Shown here: piece after piece, positions 1 through 10,177 of the stretch
How positions within the stretch are numbered: position 1 is the first letter of the stretch
Layout of the letters: each line of letters starts with the position of its first letter
From: a bacterium
GTDB lineage: Bacteria > JADJOY01
DNA length: 64,000 bases
NCBI GenBank assembly: GCA_046331705.1
Contig: JAXLQJ010000006.1
Span: 62,001 to 126,000, forward strand
Direction: 5' to 3'
Made by a program: the position numbers and the translations under genes
Notes under the pieces: model-generated
What the model was told of the DNA's origin: nothing
Databases searched by the model: none
Seen by the model: only the letters and a program-made list of their open reading frames with translations

Positions 1-246
1 GCCACGACCAACATCCTCGAGGATTGGTACTCGGGATCGAACGAGTCGGGCACCGAGCCCAACCCGGGCGACGTCTCGACCGCGACGCTCGTCACGGTGA
101 CGGCCGGCCAGACGACCAGCGGCAAGAACATCCAGGTGCAGACGGCGGCGGCGGTGAACGGCCTGGTGCCGATGGCCGCGCCCATCGGGCTCTTGCTCGC
201 GAGTCGGCGCGTGCGGCGTCGCCGCGTGCGCGCGCTCGACGCCTGA
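1..246 (+). CDS. 3' end of a secreted or surface protein (partial); C-terminal hydrophobic segment plus Arg-rich tail
   Basis: Frame +1 is open from base 1 to TGA at 244-246: ...EDWYSGSNESGTEPNPGDVSTATLVTVTAGQTTSGKNIQV...VNGLVPMAAPIGLLLASRRVRRRR. Not in the ORF track because the start lies outside the window. Confidence 0.75.
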   Translation, partial: ATTNILEDWYSGSNESGTEPNPGDVSTATLVTVTAGQTTSGKNIQVQTAAAVNGLVPMAAPIGLLLASRRVRRRRVRALDA

Positions 247-292
247 TCTCCTTCGAAGCGCAGGCGCGCGGCTCGTCCGCCGCGCGCCGCAA

Positions 293-329
293 AGAACGCC
301 CCGCCGGGATCGGCGGGGCGTTCTCGTTT
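293..329. terminator. Probable bidirectional intrinsic terminator
   Basis: 14-bp perfect stem AGAACGCCCCGCCG-ggat-CGGCGGGGCGTTCT between convergent genes, flanked by AAA and CGTTT. Confidence 0.75.
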
Positions 330-345
330 CCAGCGCGTGGGCGCG

Positions 346-909
346 TCAGCCGAAGCCGGGAAGCGTGAGCGTGGTCGCCGCTCGGGGTGCGGCACGGCTC
401 GCCGGCCTCGCGCCAGTGGCGGCGTCGGCTTCGGTGCGGCGCGCTTCGAGGTCGAGGAGCGTGCGTTTGCGCTCGAGCCCGCCGCCGTAGCCGGTGAGCG
501 AGCCGTCGGCGCCGATCACGCGGTGGCACGGGATGACGATCGCGATCGGATTGCGGCCGTTGGCGAGGCCGACGGCGCGCGTGGCCGTGGGCTGGCCGAT
601 GCGCTCGGCGAGGGTCCGGTAACTGATCGTGGCGCCGTAGGGGATCGCGCGCAGTGCTTGCCAGACGCGGCGCTGGAAGTCGGTCCCCGCCGGTTCGAGC
701 GGCAGATCGAATTCCCGGCGCGCGCCGGCGAAATACTCGGTGAGCTCGGCGCGCGCGCGCTCGAGCAGCGCGTCCGCCTCGCGCCGATCGTCGTCGGCCA
801 GCGGCTGATCGGGATCGTCGAGCATTTCAAGCGCCACCAGCGCGCGACCGTTGGAGCGCAGGCGCAGACGGCGGATCGGGCTATCCATCTCCACGACGTA
901 CGAAACCAT
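346..909 (-). CDS. ogt: Methylated-DNA--protein-cysteine S-methyltransferase
   Basis: GTDFQRRVW, IPYGATISY, RAVG and active-site IPCHRV motifs; ATG at 909 preceded by AGGAGG. Confidence 0.95.
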   Translation of the reverse strand: MVSYVVEMDSPIRRLRLRSNGRALVALEMLDDPDQPLADDDRREADALLERARAELTEYFAGARREFDLPLEPAGTDFQRRVWQALRAIPYGATISYRTLAERIGQPTATRAVGLANGRNPIAIVIPCHRVIGADGSLTGYGGGLERKRTLLDLEARRTEADAATGARPASRAAPRAATTLTLPGFG

Positions 910-1097
910 GATCGCGAGCCTCCTCGAAGCGTTCGATGGGCGCAACGTAGCGACTTCCGCGCCGGCGCGCTCGCCGGATTCGGACGTCGTAGAACCGGCC
1001 ACGTGGAACTTACGGAAGGTCTTTCGCGGCGCGCCCGCGTTCTGGCATCATCAACCTGCCGACCGGTAGGCGGCATTCTCTCCTCGCTGGAGGCCCC

Positions 1098-2147
1098 ATG
1101 GCCCGCGCAGCCTCGTCCCTTCGATCCAAGCCGTCGCCGCGAGCCCGCGCCGCGAAGCCGCGCGCCGCGACTGGAAAGCCCGTCGCCGCTACCGACGAAG
1201 CCGAGCACGTCGGCAGGCGCGATCTCGAGGCCACGCTCGCGGAGCTTCGCAGCCGGGTCTCCGACCCGCGCGCCGGGCTCTTCGGCCCGTCCAGCATGAT
1301 GTGGGAGATCGGCCGCGAGTCGGCGTGCTTCCTGGGTGGCGGACGCGCGGCGCTCTTGCAGCTCGCTCATCCGTACGTCGCGCACGGCGTCGATCAGCAC
1401 TCGAAGACCCGCACCGATCCATTCGGTCGTTTTCAACGCACGTTCGCGAACGTGTTCGACATGATCTACGGCGACCTCGACTCGGCGCTCGAGTCGGCGC
1501 GCCGCGTTCACCAGATCCACGCCCGCATCCATGGGCCGATCCGCGAGAAGGTCGGCCGATACGCCGAGGGCGACCGCTATCGCGCCAACGAGGTCCCGGC
1601 GTTGATGTGGGTCCACGCGACGCTCTGGGACTCGGCGGTGCAGGCGTTCGAGCTGGTGGTGCGGAAGCTCACCGCCGCCGAGAAGGACCGCTACTACGAG
1701 GAGACGAAGCTCTTCGCGCTGCTCTTCGGCATCCCGCTCGCGGCGTTGCCGCCCGACTGGGCGAGCTTCGCCGCCTACAACCGCCGCATGTGGGAGTCCG
1801 AGGACGTGGTGGTGGGAGACGCGGCGCGCGAGATCGCTTCGTTTCTGCTCACGCCGCCGGACCGCTTGCTCACGCCGGTGACCGCGTGGGCGAAGATCGT
1901 CACCGCCGGGCTGCTGCCGCCGCGCATTCGCGCGGGCTTCGGGCTGCGCTTCGGCGTGTCGGAGCGGCGAGTCTTCGACGCGACGATCCGCGCGCTCCGC
2001 GCGACCCATCGAAGCTGGCCGTACCGCGTGCGCTACGTGCCCGCGTACATCGAGGCACGCCGCCGCCTCACGGGGCGCACCGACCGGGACCGAATCGGCG
2101 AGCTGCTGACGCGCATCACCGTCGGCCGCGGGCGTGCCGCGGCCTGA
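1098..2147 (+). CDS. Oxygenase MpaB-like (DUF2236) family protein
   Basis: GLFGPSS..W, GGRAALLQLAHP.VA.GV..HS, WVHATL motifs; GGAGG RBS. Confidence 0.85.
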   Translation: MARAASSLRSKPSPRARAAKPRAATGKPVAATDEAEHVGRRDLEATLAELRSRVSDPRAGLFGPSSMMWEIGRESACFLGGGRAALLQLAHPYVAHGVDQHSKTRTDPFGRFQRTFANVFDMIYGDLDSALESARRVHQIHARIHGPIREKVGRYAEGDRYRANEVPALMWVHATLWDSAVQAFELVVRKLTAAEKDRYYEETKLFALLFGIPLAALPPDWASFAAYNRRMWESEDVVVGDAAREIASFLLTPPDRLLTPVTAWAKIVTAGLLPPRIRAGFGLRFGVSERRVFDATIRALRATHRSWPYRVRYVPAYIEARRRLTGRTDRDRIGELLTRITVGRGRAAA

Positions 2148-2156
2148 CCCGCGCCG

Positions 2157-2480
2157 TCACTGCGCTGGGCGGCGCACCAGGACCGCCTGGATCTCGTCGA
2201 GGCGAACCAGCGCGTCGTAGAACTCCATCCCGCCGATCTGCGTCAGGTGCACGGCGTTCTCGCCCACGGCGACGACGGTGCCGGTGATCTCCTTCTCGGT
2301 GCCGACGAGCCTGAGCGTGACCGATTGCTTGACGCGGCCCTTGAGGTTCTCGCGCACCGGCTGAGCGCCCTCGACGGTGAAGAGCGCGCCGTCCGCGCGC
2401 GCCGCTGGCGGCGTCGCGAGGAGCATTGCGCCGAGTGCGGTGGCGCCGAGACCGAATCGAATTGCACGCGTCGGGATCAT
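2157..2480 (-). CDS. Small exported hypothetical protein (possible Sm/LSm-like beta fold)
   Basis: Signal peptide ending ARA-D; VTLRL..ITGTVVAVGENAVHL..EFYDALVRLDEIQAV; GGAGG RBS. Confidence 0.7.
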   Translation of the reverse strand: MIPTRAIRFGLGATALGAMLLATPPAARADGALFTVEGAQPVRENLKGRVKQSVTLRLVGTEKEITGTVVAVGENAVHLTQIGGMEFYDALVRLDEIQAVLVRRPAQ

Positions 2481-2529
2481 CGATTCCTCCAAGGGGTCGG
2501 TGGGGGCGAGGACGTGGCGCGGCAGTCTC

Positions 2530-4380
2530 TCACGCATGCGACGCGGTTGCATCCGCCGCGTGCCGCTTGCAGGCGCGCCGCCCACGCGCGCGCCGGCTCG
2601 GTCGGCGCTCCTCCGCCATGCTGCGACGGTAGGCCGCGAGAATGTCGCTGCGCGTGAGGAAGCCGGTCACGCGGTGAGGATCGCGCCGATCGACCACCGG
2701 CAATCGTCCCACGTCGGCGCGCACCATGGTGGTGAGCGCCTCGGCGAGCGTGCTGTCCTCGAACGCCACCAGCACCGGCTCGCGCGCGATCTCTCCCGCG
2801 CGACGCGCGTGCGGGACGTCGACCCGGATCAGGTCCTTGCGCGTCACGACGCCCACCAGCGCGCCGTGCTCGTCGACGATCGGGAAGCCCTGATGCGCCG
2901 AGCCTGGCTCGCCCGAGTCCATCCAGCGCCGCAGCTCGGCGATCGGCCGATCCGCCGGCACCGTGCTGACGGCGCGACTCGCGACCTGCGCCACCTCGAT
3001 CGAGGCCAGCGGGTCGGACGTGTATTCGCCGCTCGCCCGCACGCCGCGGCGCGCCATCTTCTCGGTCATGATCGAGTTGCGCATGAGCAGCCACGAGACC
3101 AGCAGCGCCGCGGTTGCGCCCGCGAGCAACGGCACCAGGCCCATCGGCTGGCGCGTGGTCTCGAACGAGAACACCACCGAGGCGAGCAGCGCTCGCGAGG
3201 AGCCGGCGAACATCGCCGCCATGCCGACCAGCGCCGCGACCCGCGGATTCACCGCGGCGTGCGGCCACAGCGCCAAGAGCGCGCTCGCGAGCGCCGCGCC
3301 GAGCGCGCCGCCGATGGTGAAGAGCGGCGCGAGCGTGCCGCCGGAGGTCCCGCTGCCGAGCGCGATCGACCAGGACACGAGCTTGGCGATGGCGAGCACG
3401 GCGAGCGCGCCCCCCGCCAGCTCGCCGCCGAGCACGGCGTCGATGTTGTCGTAGCCGACACCGAGCGTCCGCGGCGCGACGAGCCCCACCAGGCCCACCA
3501 CGACGCCCCCCAGCGCCGGCCACCACATCCAATGGATCGGCAGCTTCTCGAAGCCGTCCTCGATCGCGTAGACGAGGCGGGTCGCGCCCACCGCAGCGAG
3601 CCCGACCAGCGCGCCGATGCCGGTGTAGACGGCGAGGCTCGCGAGACCGATGGCATCCGTCGGTTCCATCGCGAACATCGGCGCGGGGCCGAGCATCGCC
3701 CAGCGCGCCGCCGCGGCGGTCGCCGCCGCCAGCGCGACCGGGATGATCGAGCGCGGCTTGAGCTCGAAGAGCAAGAGCTCGATGGCGAGCAGCACCGCGG
3801 AGATGGGCGAGCCGAAGGTCGCGGTCATCCCCGCCGCGGCGCCCGCCGCCAAGAGCGTCTTGCGCTCGGCCGCCGAGGTCCGCAGCACCTGGCCGAGCAC
3901 CGAGCCCAGCGCGCCGCCGGTCGCGATGATCGGCCCCTCGGCGCCGAAGGGCCCGCCGGTGCCGATGCTGATCGCGGCGGAAAGCGGCTTGAGCCACGTG
4001 AGCCGCGGCTGGATGCGGCTCGCGTTGGTCAACACCTGTTCCATCGCTTCCGGGATGCCGTGACCGCGGATCGCCGGCGATCCCCAGCGCGCCATCCAGC
4101 CGACGATCAGCCCGCCAGCGACCGGAACGCACACGGCGAGCCAGCCCAGGTGGTTGGCGCCGGGCGCGACGGCCTCGCTCGACCAGCGCCCGAAGTACGC
4201 GACGTTCGTGACCGTTGCGATGAGCCAGCTCAGGGCGCGTGCGACGCCGGTGGCCACCAGCGCGAGCGAGATCGCGAGCGCGCTGATGCCGAGCACGCGC
4301 CCGTCCAGGGGGCGCGCCGTTCGCGGCAGCTCGAGCACGCGCGGCCGCGCGTTCGGGCGCGGCGGATCTTCCGGGTGCAT
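2530..4380 (-). CDS. ClC family chloride channel/antiporter with C-terminal CBS pair
   Basis: GHGIPE, GAEGP and GGTLAP signatures, many TM helices, CBS motifs HQGFPIVD and GRLPVVD. Confidence 0.92.
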   Translation of the reverse strand: MHPEDPPRPNARPRVLELPRTARPLDGRVLGISALAISLALVATGVARALSWLIATVTNVAYFGRWSSEAVAPGANHLGWLAVCVPVAGGLIVGWMARWGSPAIRGHGIPEAMEQVLTNASRIQPRLTWLKPLSAAISIGTGGPFGAEGPIIATGGALGSVLGQVLRTSAAERKTLLAAGAAAGMTATFGSPISAVLLAIELLLFELKPRSIIPVALAAATAAAARWAMLGPAPMFAMEPTDAIGLASLAVYTGIGALVGLAAVGATRLVYAIEDGFEKLPIHWMWWPALGGVVVGLVGLVAPRTLGVGYDNIDAVLGGELAGGALAVLAIAKLVSWSIALGSGTSGGTLAPLFTIGGALGAALASALLALWPHAAVNPRVAALVGMAAMFAGSSRALLASVVFSFETTRQPMGLVPLLAGATAALLVSWLLMRNSIMTEKMARRGVRASGEYTSDPLASIEVAQVASRAVSTVPADRPIAELRRWMDSGEPGSAHQGFPIVDEHGALVGVVTRKDLIRVDVPHARRAGEIAREPVLVAFEDSTLAEALTTMVRADVGRLPVVDRRDPHRVTGFLTRSDILAAYRRSMAEERRPSRRARGRRACKRHAADATASHA

Positions 4381-4418
4381 CGGGGTGGGGGGCGCGGCCA
4401 GCGAGGTCGGCGCGGCGC

Positions 4419-4847
4419 TCAGCCCGGAGCGGGCTCGAGCGCGGCGAGCCGGCTCCGCAGGTCGCGCTCCGTCTGCCAGCGGGCGGTGTCGTCGCGCAGG
4501 ATCGCGCCGATCGCGGTCACGGCGCCCGTGGCATCCGTGAGCAGCGCCACGGTGAACGCGATGGAGAGACGGCGCCCGTCCTTGTGGGTCGCCGGCACCT
4601 GCAGCAGCGCGCCCGCGTGACGGGTGTGCCCGGTCCGCATCGTGGCGTGGTACCCGTCCCAGTGGCGGGCGCGGAACCGTTCCGGGATGATCGGGTCGAG
4701 GCTCTGTCCGAGCATCTCCGCCTCGGAGAACCCGAACAACCGTTCGGCGCCTGCATTCCAGAGCAGCACGCGGCCGTCGGGATCGGCGACCACGATGGCG
4801 TCCGCTGCGGCCGCCACCAGCGCGGCGAGATCGATCGACGTCTGCAC
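4419..4847 (-). CDS. Stand-alone PAS domain protein
   Basis: DAIVVADPDGRVLLWNAGAERLFGFS..EMLGQ; IIPERFRARHWDGY; HKDG. GTG at 4847 with GAGGGAGG RBS. Confidence 0.88.
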   Translation of the reverse strand: MQTSIDLAALVAAAADAIVVADPDGRVLLWNAGAERLFGFSEAEMLGQSLDPIIPERFRARHWDGYHATMRTGHTRHAGALLQVPATHKDGRRLSIAFTVALLTDATGAVTAIGAILRDDTARWQTERDLRSRLAALEPAPG

Positions 4848-4877
4848 CCGGGCCTCCCTCGTCCTGCGACTGACCTC

Positions 4878-4899
4878 ATTGTATGGGAGACCATGCAAT
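4878..4899. promoter_or_regulatory. Candidate MarR operator (imperfect inverted repeat)
   Basis: ATTGTATGG-gaga-CCATGCAAT, 8/9 matched arms, AT-rich, between the marR gene and PAS-ClC. Confidence 0.5.
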
Positions 4900-4960
4900 T
4901 GTCCAGGCGATCACGGCCCGGGCCCCGCGCGGGGCTCCTGCGCGGAGGCGTGCCCGACGC

Positions 4961-5512
4961 TCAGGTCTCGGCCGCGCTCGCGCGCCGGGGGCGAGGGCGC
5001 GAACGGCGCGGCCGGGGGTCCTCGAAGAACATCGGCGCCGCTCGCGAGGCGCTCTCCAGGCCGTCCACGAGCCCGGTGAGCAGCCGTGCCAGCGCGGCGC
5101 GGTCGCGCGCCGGCATTCGCGCCAATCCGGCGATGATCCGAGCCTGAGCGATCTCCGGGGCGCGTCGTAGCAGCGCTCGCCCCGCGGGCGTGAGCACGAC
5201 TTCCATTCGGCGCCCGTCCGCGCGCGACCGGTGTCGCTTCACGAGCCCGCGTTCCACCAGTCGCGTCACGACCACCGAGACCGAGCTCTGGTCGGTGAGC
5301 GTGCGCGCCGCCAGCTCGTTGATCGAGAGCCCGGTCGTGGCGCCGACCTCGTGCAGCACGAAGAGCTGCGCGGTGCTGATGCCGAGCCGGTCCTCGGCCG
5401 TGCGCGCCGACTGACGCAGGCTGCGCACGATGCGCCGGAGCGCGTCCATGACGAGCTGGCCCTCGGATCGGGCGTGCGCGCCGTGCGCGGTGGCGTTGGC
5501 TTTCGCGGGCAT
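4961..5512 (-). CDS. MarR family transcriptional regulator
   Basis: GISTAQLFVL..LSINELA..DQSSVS.VV.RLVERGLV.R..DGRR..V.LT..GR winged helix. Confidence 0.9.
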   Translation of the reverse strand: MPAKANATAHGAHARSEGQLVMDALRRIVRSLRQSARTAEDRLGISTAQLFVLHEVGATTGLSINELAARTLTDQSSVSVVVTRLVERGLVKRHRSRADGRRMEVVLTPAGRALLRRAPEIAQARIIAGLARMPARDRAALARLLTGLVDGLESASRAAPMFFEDPRPRRSRPRPRRASAAET

Positions 5513-5652
5513 GGCGATGCCCCGGTATAGGTGCCGCGGAAATCGCCGTCCAGCGGGCGACTGCGGCGAATCGCGTGCCACGCGCGCGGTTGGTGCCGAG
5601 TGGGGCATCGGCCATGTTGCGCGCGCTCACGCTCGCCGCGAAGGGGGATGGC

Positions 5653-7500
5653 ATGCCGATCGCGCTGGATCGCCGCAGTCGTGGTTCCGCTCGCAGGCGC
5701 GTCCCGCTCGCGCCGCTCGTCGTCTGCTGCGTCGTCGCTCTCGATGGATTCGCCACCCGCGCGCTGGCGGAACCCACGTCGGGCGGGGGCTGGGTGGAGC
5801 GGAGCAACGCGAACGCGCAGCAGTTGCTCGCGGTCCAAGCCGCGTTCGACCCCGAGAGCGCGAGCCGCATCGGCGTACCCGGGATCGACGAGCAGGTGAT
5901 CGATCTCGCCGAGCGTTTCGACCTCCGTCACGCCGAGGCGCTCGCGCGCATCGCCGCCGAGCTCGAGCAGCGGCTGCCCACCGAGACCGACGCACGCGTT
6001 CGTCAGGACCTCGAGATCCTGGTGGAAGCGGCGCGTCGCGAGCAGCGGCAGCTCGAGGTGCGTCACCGCATGACGCTTCCTTTCCTATCGCCGAGCGCCC
6101 TCGTGTTCGCCGGCGTGCAGGCGTTGCTCGACGAGCAAACCGCGCCCGCGCGTCGCGCCGCCGCGCACGTTCGGCTGCGCCGCTACGTGGGACTCGAGCC
6201 GGGCTCGACGTCGGTCTTCGAGCTGGCCAAGCAGCGCTTTCGCGAGCGCGCGAACGAGGCCGATCTCCTCGCGCCGACGCGCACGGCGGTGGAGAAGGAG
6301 ATCGCCGATTCGGCGACCTACACCGACGGCGTGCGCCAGCTCTTCCAGCGCTGGAAGCTCGAGGGAGCCGACGCGGCGCTCGCCGCGCTCGCGAGCCAGG
6401 CGAGCGATCACGTGGCATTCATGCGCGACGAGGTGTTGCCGCGGGCGCGCGACGATTTCCGGCTGCCGCCCGAGCTCTACCAGTTGGCGCTCGAAGCGGT
6501 GGGCGTCGACATGCCCGCCGACGAGCTCGAACGCCGGGGGCGCACCGCGTTCGTCGAGATCCAGACCCAGATGCAGTCGCTGGCGCCGCGCGTCGCGCGC
6601 GAGAAGGGGTGGAAGCTCGGCGACTATCGCGACGTGATCCGCGAGCTCAAGAAGCACCAGCTCGGCGACCGCACGATCCTCGCGCACTACCAGAAGCGCG
6701 CCGCGGCGCTCGACGAGATCATCCGGCGCGGGCGCATCGTGACGCTGCCCGAGCGCCCGATGCTGATCGAGCTGGCGAGTGCCGCGGAGAGCGCCGCGAT
6801 TCCCGCGCCCCACGTGCGCACGCCGCGGCTGCTCGGCAACACCGGCGAGCGCGGCGTGTTCGTGTTGCCGCTTCGAATCCGATCGGGAGACGGCGACGCC
6901 TTGTCGTTCGACGATTTCAGCTTCGAGGCGGCCTCGTGGACGCTCACCGCGCACGAGGGCCGGCCCGGCCACGAGCTCCAGTTCGCGCGCACGATCGAGC
7001 AGGGCGTGTCCATCGCGCGCGCCGTGTTCGCCTTCAACAGCGTCAACGTGGAAGGCTGGGCGCTCTACGCCGAAGCCGAGGCGCAGCCCTACGAGCCGCT
7101 CGAGGGCCAGCTCATCGCGCTCCAGCACCGCTTGATGCGGGCCGCGCGCGCCATCCTCGATCCCGCGCTGCAGCGCGGCACGGTGACGAAGGACCAGGCG
7201 CACCGCGTGTTGCGCGAGGACGTGGTGCTCTCGGAGGCGATGACGCGACAGGAGCTCGACCGCTACACGTTCCTGGCGCCGGGTCAGGCCACCTCGTACT
7301 TCGTCGGCTACACGCGCTTGCTCGAGATCCGGGCCGGCGCGCAGCTGGCGCTGGGCGAACGCTTCGACAGGCTCGCGTTCAACGATTTCGTGCTGAGCCG
7401 CGGGCTCGTCCCGCCGCGCTTGCTGAGCAAGGCGGTCGAGGAGGAGTTCGTGCCGGAGCGGCGCGCCGTCAGCGAGAGCCGCGCGGCGGCCGATCCCTGA
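5653..7500 (+). CDS. DUF885 family exported protein (metallopeptidase-like)
   Basis: AHEGRPGHELQ, EGWALYAE and PGQATSY motifs; signal peptide. Start uncertain (5575, 5614 or 5653). Confidence 0.88.
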   Translation: MPIALDRRSRGSARRRVPLAPLVVCCVVALDGFATRALAEPTSGGGWVERSNANAQQLLAVQAAFDPESASRIGVPGIDEQVIDLAERFDLRHAEALARIAAELEQRLPTETDARVRQDLEILVEAARREQRQLEVRHRMTLPFLSPSALVFAGVQALLDEQTAPARRAAAHVRLRRYVGLEPGSTSVFELAKQRFRERANEADLLAPTRTAVEKEIADSATYTDGVRQLFQRWKLEGADAALAALASQASDHVAFMRDEVLPRARDDFRLPPELYQLALEAVGVDMPADELERRGRTAFVEIQTQMQSLAPRVAREKGWKLGDYRDVIRELKKHQLGDRTILAHYQKRAAALDEIIRRGRIVTLPERPMLIELASAAESAAIPAPHVRTPRLLGNTGERGVFVLPLRIRSGDGDALSFDDFSFEAASWTLTAHEGRPGHELQFARTIEQGVSIARAVFAFNSVNVEGWALYAEAEAQPYEPLEGQLIALQHRLMRAARAILDPALQRGTVTKDQAHRVLREDVVLSEAMTRQELDRYTFLAPGQATSYFVGYTRLLEIRAGAQLALGERFDRLAFNDFVLSRGLVPPRLLSKAVEEEFVPERRAVSESRAAADP

Positions 7501-8311
7501 GCTCCGCGGCGGCCGCCGCCGCGACCACCAGTCGCGTCAGACCTGGCGCGAGGCGGCTCAGCGCCGCCGTGAACCGCGCCCGCGCCGGCACGATGATGAG
7601 CGGCAGGTTCCGCTCGACGCCGCGGAGCGCCTCGTCTGCGAGCTTGGTGGGCGGATAGGGTTCGCCGCCGAGCTTCGTCAGGTAGCGGCGCACGTTCGGG
7701 CGCCACGCCACCCGCGGCAGGTCGCTCGGGTTGTCGCAGTCGATGATCGGCGTCTCGGTGGCCGAGGGGCAAAGCGCGCTCACGTGCACGCCGTGAGGTG
7801 CGGCTTCGAGGCGCAGGCTCGTGCTCAGGCCCACCACCGCGTGCTTGGTCATGGCGTACGGCGCGAGCAGCGGCACTGGCACCAGCCCGGCGGCGGATGC
7901 GGTGTTCACGATGTGGCCGCTGCGCTGGGCGACCATGATCGGATACGCGGCGGCGATCCCGTTCACGACGCCGCGGATGTTGATGTCGATGATGCGATCG
8001 TAGTGCTGCACGGCCAGGTCCTCGGCCGCGCCCGCGATGCCGATGCCGGCGTTGTTGAAGAGGTAGTCGATGCGGCCGCGATCGCGGGCGACGCGCTCGA
8101 TCACGGCTCGCACCGCCAGCGCGTCGCGGACGTCGAGCTTCGCCCAGCGGGCCTTGGGGCCGAGCGCCTCGGCGGCTTGCTCGACGCCGGGCGCGTTCAC
8201 GTCGGTGAGCCACACGTCGGCGCCGCGCTTCACCATCGCGATCGAGAGCGCGAGGCCGATGCCCGACGCCGCCCCCGTCACCACCACGTTCGCACCGTTC
8301 CATGCGCTCAT
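7469..8311 (-). CDS. SDR family oxidoreductase
   Basis: TGAASGIG, NNAGI and catalytic YAMTK; GAGGAGG RBS. Confidence 0.93.
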   Translation of the reverse strand: MSAWNGANVVVTGAASGIGLALSIAMVKRGADVWLTDVNAPGVEQAAEALGPKARWAKLDVRDALAVRAVIERVARDRGRIDYLFNNAGIGIAGAAEDLAVQHYDRIIDINIRGVVNGIAAAYPIMVAQRSGHIVNTASAAGLVPVPLLAPYAMTKHAVVGLSTSLRLEAAPHGVHVSALCPSATETPIIDCDNPSDLPRVAWRPNVRRYLTKLGGEPYPPTKLADEALRGVERNLPLIIVPARARFTAALSRLAPGLTRLVVAAAAAAELRDRPPRGSR

Positions 8312-8426
8312 CGTCCCGCCTCCTCGTCGTCGCCGCTGCGCTGAACCTCTACGGTCGCGGCAGGCTAGCGGATGACGGAATCCGCGTGCATGCCTCCGCC
8401 GGGCGTGGCAATCTGTCGCGCCCGCG

Positions 8427-10076
8427 ATGTCGAACGCCACGTCAACCGCCGCCTCGGAGCTCGGCCGCAATCTCGGCGAGCTTCTCGAGCGTCGCGCCGC
8501 CGAGCGCGGCGATGCCACGTTCTTGGTGTGGGACCCCGCGCACGGGCGCGATCCGAGCGCCGTGGGCCGCATCGGCTATCGCGGCCTCGCCGCGAACGTC
8601 GACTGGCTCGCGCGGGCATTCGCGGCGCGCGGCGTCGCGCGAGGCGATCGCGTCTGTGTCCACCTCGACAACCGCCCCGAGTTCCTGATCGCGTGGTGGG
8701 CGCTGGCGCGCCTCGGCGCGGTCTGCGTCTCGACCAACGCGCGCTCCGCCGCGGACGAGCTGCGCTTCTATCTCGAGGATTCGGGCGCCAAGGCGATCGT
8801 GACGTCGGCGGCACGCCGGGACGTCGTCGCGGCGGCGCTGTCGGCGAACGTGGAGCGCGTGGTGCTGGTCGACGACGACGCCGCGGAGATCGTCGGCGAG
8901 GGGTGCGAGACCGAGCGCTGGTCCGCGTTGATGCGCGAGGGCCAAGAATTGCCCGCGCTGGGTGCGTCGCCCGCCCAGCCGCTCGATCCGTGCGCGATTC
9001 TCTACACCTCCGGCACCACCAGCCGCCCCAAGGGAGTGGTGCTGACGCACGCGAACTACCTGTGGGGCGCCGGCCAGATGGCGCAGCACCAGCGGCTCGG
9101 CGCAGACGACGTCTACCTCGTGCAGATGCCGCTCTTCCACGTGAACGCGCAGATCTACTCGGTGCTCGCCTCGTGGGTGGCAGGTGCCACGGTGGTGCTG
9201 GTGCCGACCTTCTCGCGCAGCGGCTTCTGGCGCGCGGCCAGCGAGCACGGCGCCACCGCGAGCTCGATGATCCCGTTCTTCGTGATGGCGCTGTTGCGCA
9301 ACCCGGACGGCTCGCGCGTGCCGCGCGACGCTCTTCCGGAGCATTCGTTTCGGCTGTGGGGCTACGGCATCACCTCGGGCAAGGTCGAGTCGCGCTTTCG
9401 CCTCAAGACGCTCGGCTGGTACGGCATGACCGAGACGGTGTCGGCCGCGGTGATCGGACCCTGGGATGCGCCCGCGCCGGAAGGTGCGATCGGCCGACCG
9501 GCGCACGGTTACCAGGTACGGCTCCTCGACGACGAGGGCATCCCCGTTCCGCCGGGCGTGCCTGGCGCCGTCTTCGTGCGCGGCGAGCGCGGCGTCACGC
9601 TGGCGCTCGAATACCACGATCGGCCGCGCGCCACCGCGGCCGCCTTCGGTCGCGATGGCTGGTTCGCGACCGGCGATCGCATGCGCTACGACGAGGACGG
9701 CTGGCTCTACTTCGTGGATCGCGAGAAGGACATGCTCAAGGTGGGCGGCGAGAACGTCGCCTCCTCCGAGATCGAGCGCGTGCTGCAGGAGGTGCCCGGC
9801 GTCCTCGAGGTGGCCGTGATCGGCCTCGCGGACCCGTTGCTCGGCGAGGTGCCCGCGGCGTGCGTGATCGCGGCTCCCGGGGTCGAGCCCGGCGATCTGC
9901 GCGATCGCTTGCTCGCGCACAGCCGCGCCAAGCTCGCCGACTTCAAGGTTCCACGGCGGATCGAGCTGGTCGACGCGCTGCCCCGCGCCACCCTGGAAAA
10001 GGTGAACAAGGCGGCGCTGCGCGAAGCGCTCGTGCCGCGCGCGGAAGGCCTCGGCGCGGACGCCGCCGCGCGCTGA
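8427..10076 (+). CDS. AMP-binding acyl-CoA ligase (CaiC/crotonobetaine-CoA ligase-like)
   Basis: YTSGTTSRPKG, YGMTE, GWFATGD and DREKDMLKVGGENV motifs. Confidence 0.92.
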   Translation: MSNATSTAASELGRNLGELLERRAAERGDATFLVWDPAHGRDPSAVGRIGYRGLAANVDWLARAFAARGVARGDRVCVHLDNRPEFLIAWWALARLGAVCVSTNARSAADELRFYLEDSGAKAIVTSAARRDVVAAALSANVERVVLVDDDAAEIVGEGCETERWSALMREGQELPALGASPAQPLDPCAILYTSGTTSRPKGVVLTHANYLWGAGQMAQHQRLGADDVYLVQMPLFHVNAQIYSVLASWVAGATVVLVPTFSRSGFWRAASEHGATASSMIPFFVMALLRNPDGSRVPRDALPEHSFRLWGYGITSGKVESRFRLKTLGWYGMTETVSAAVIGPWDAPAPEGAIGRPAHGYQVRLLDDEGIPVPPGVPGAVFVRGERGVTLALEYHDRPRATAAAFGRDGWFATGDRMRYDEDGWLYFVDREKDMLKVGGENVASSEIERVLQEVPGVLEVAVIGLADPLLGEVPAACVIAAPGVEPGDLRDRLLAHSRAKLADFKVPRRIELVDALPRATLEKVNKAALREALVPRAEGLGADAAAR

Positions 10077-10177
10077 TCGATCGCCCCGCCGCCGAGAAGC
10101 GGCTCGCCTTGCCCCGGCTTCGGCGCGATCGGTAGCATGATTCGATTGCACCCACGATCCAGCCGAGGTCACCTCCC

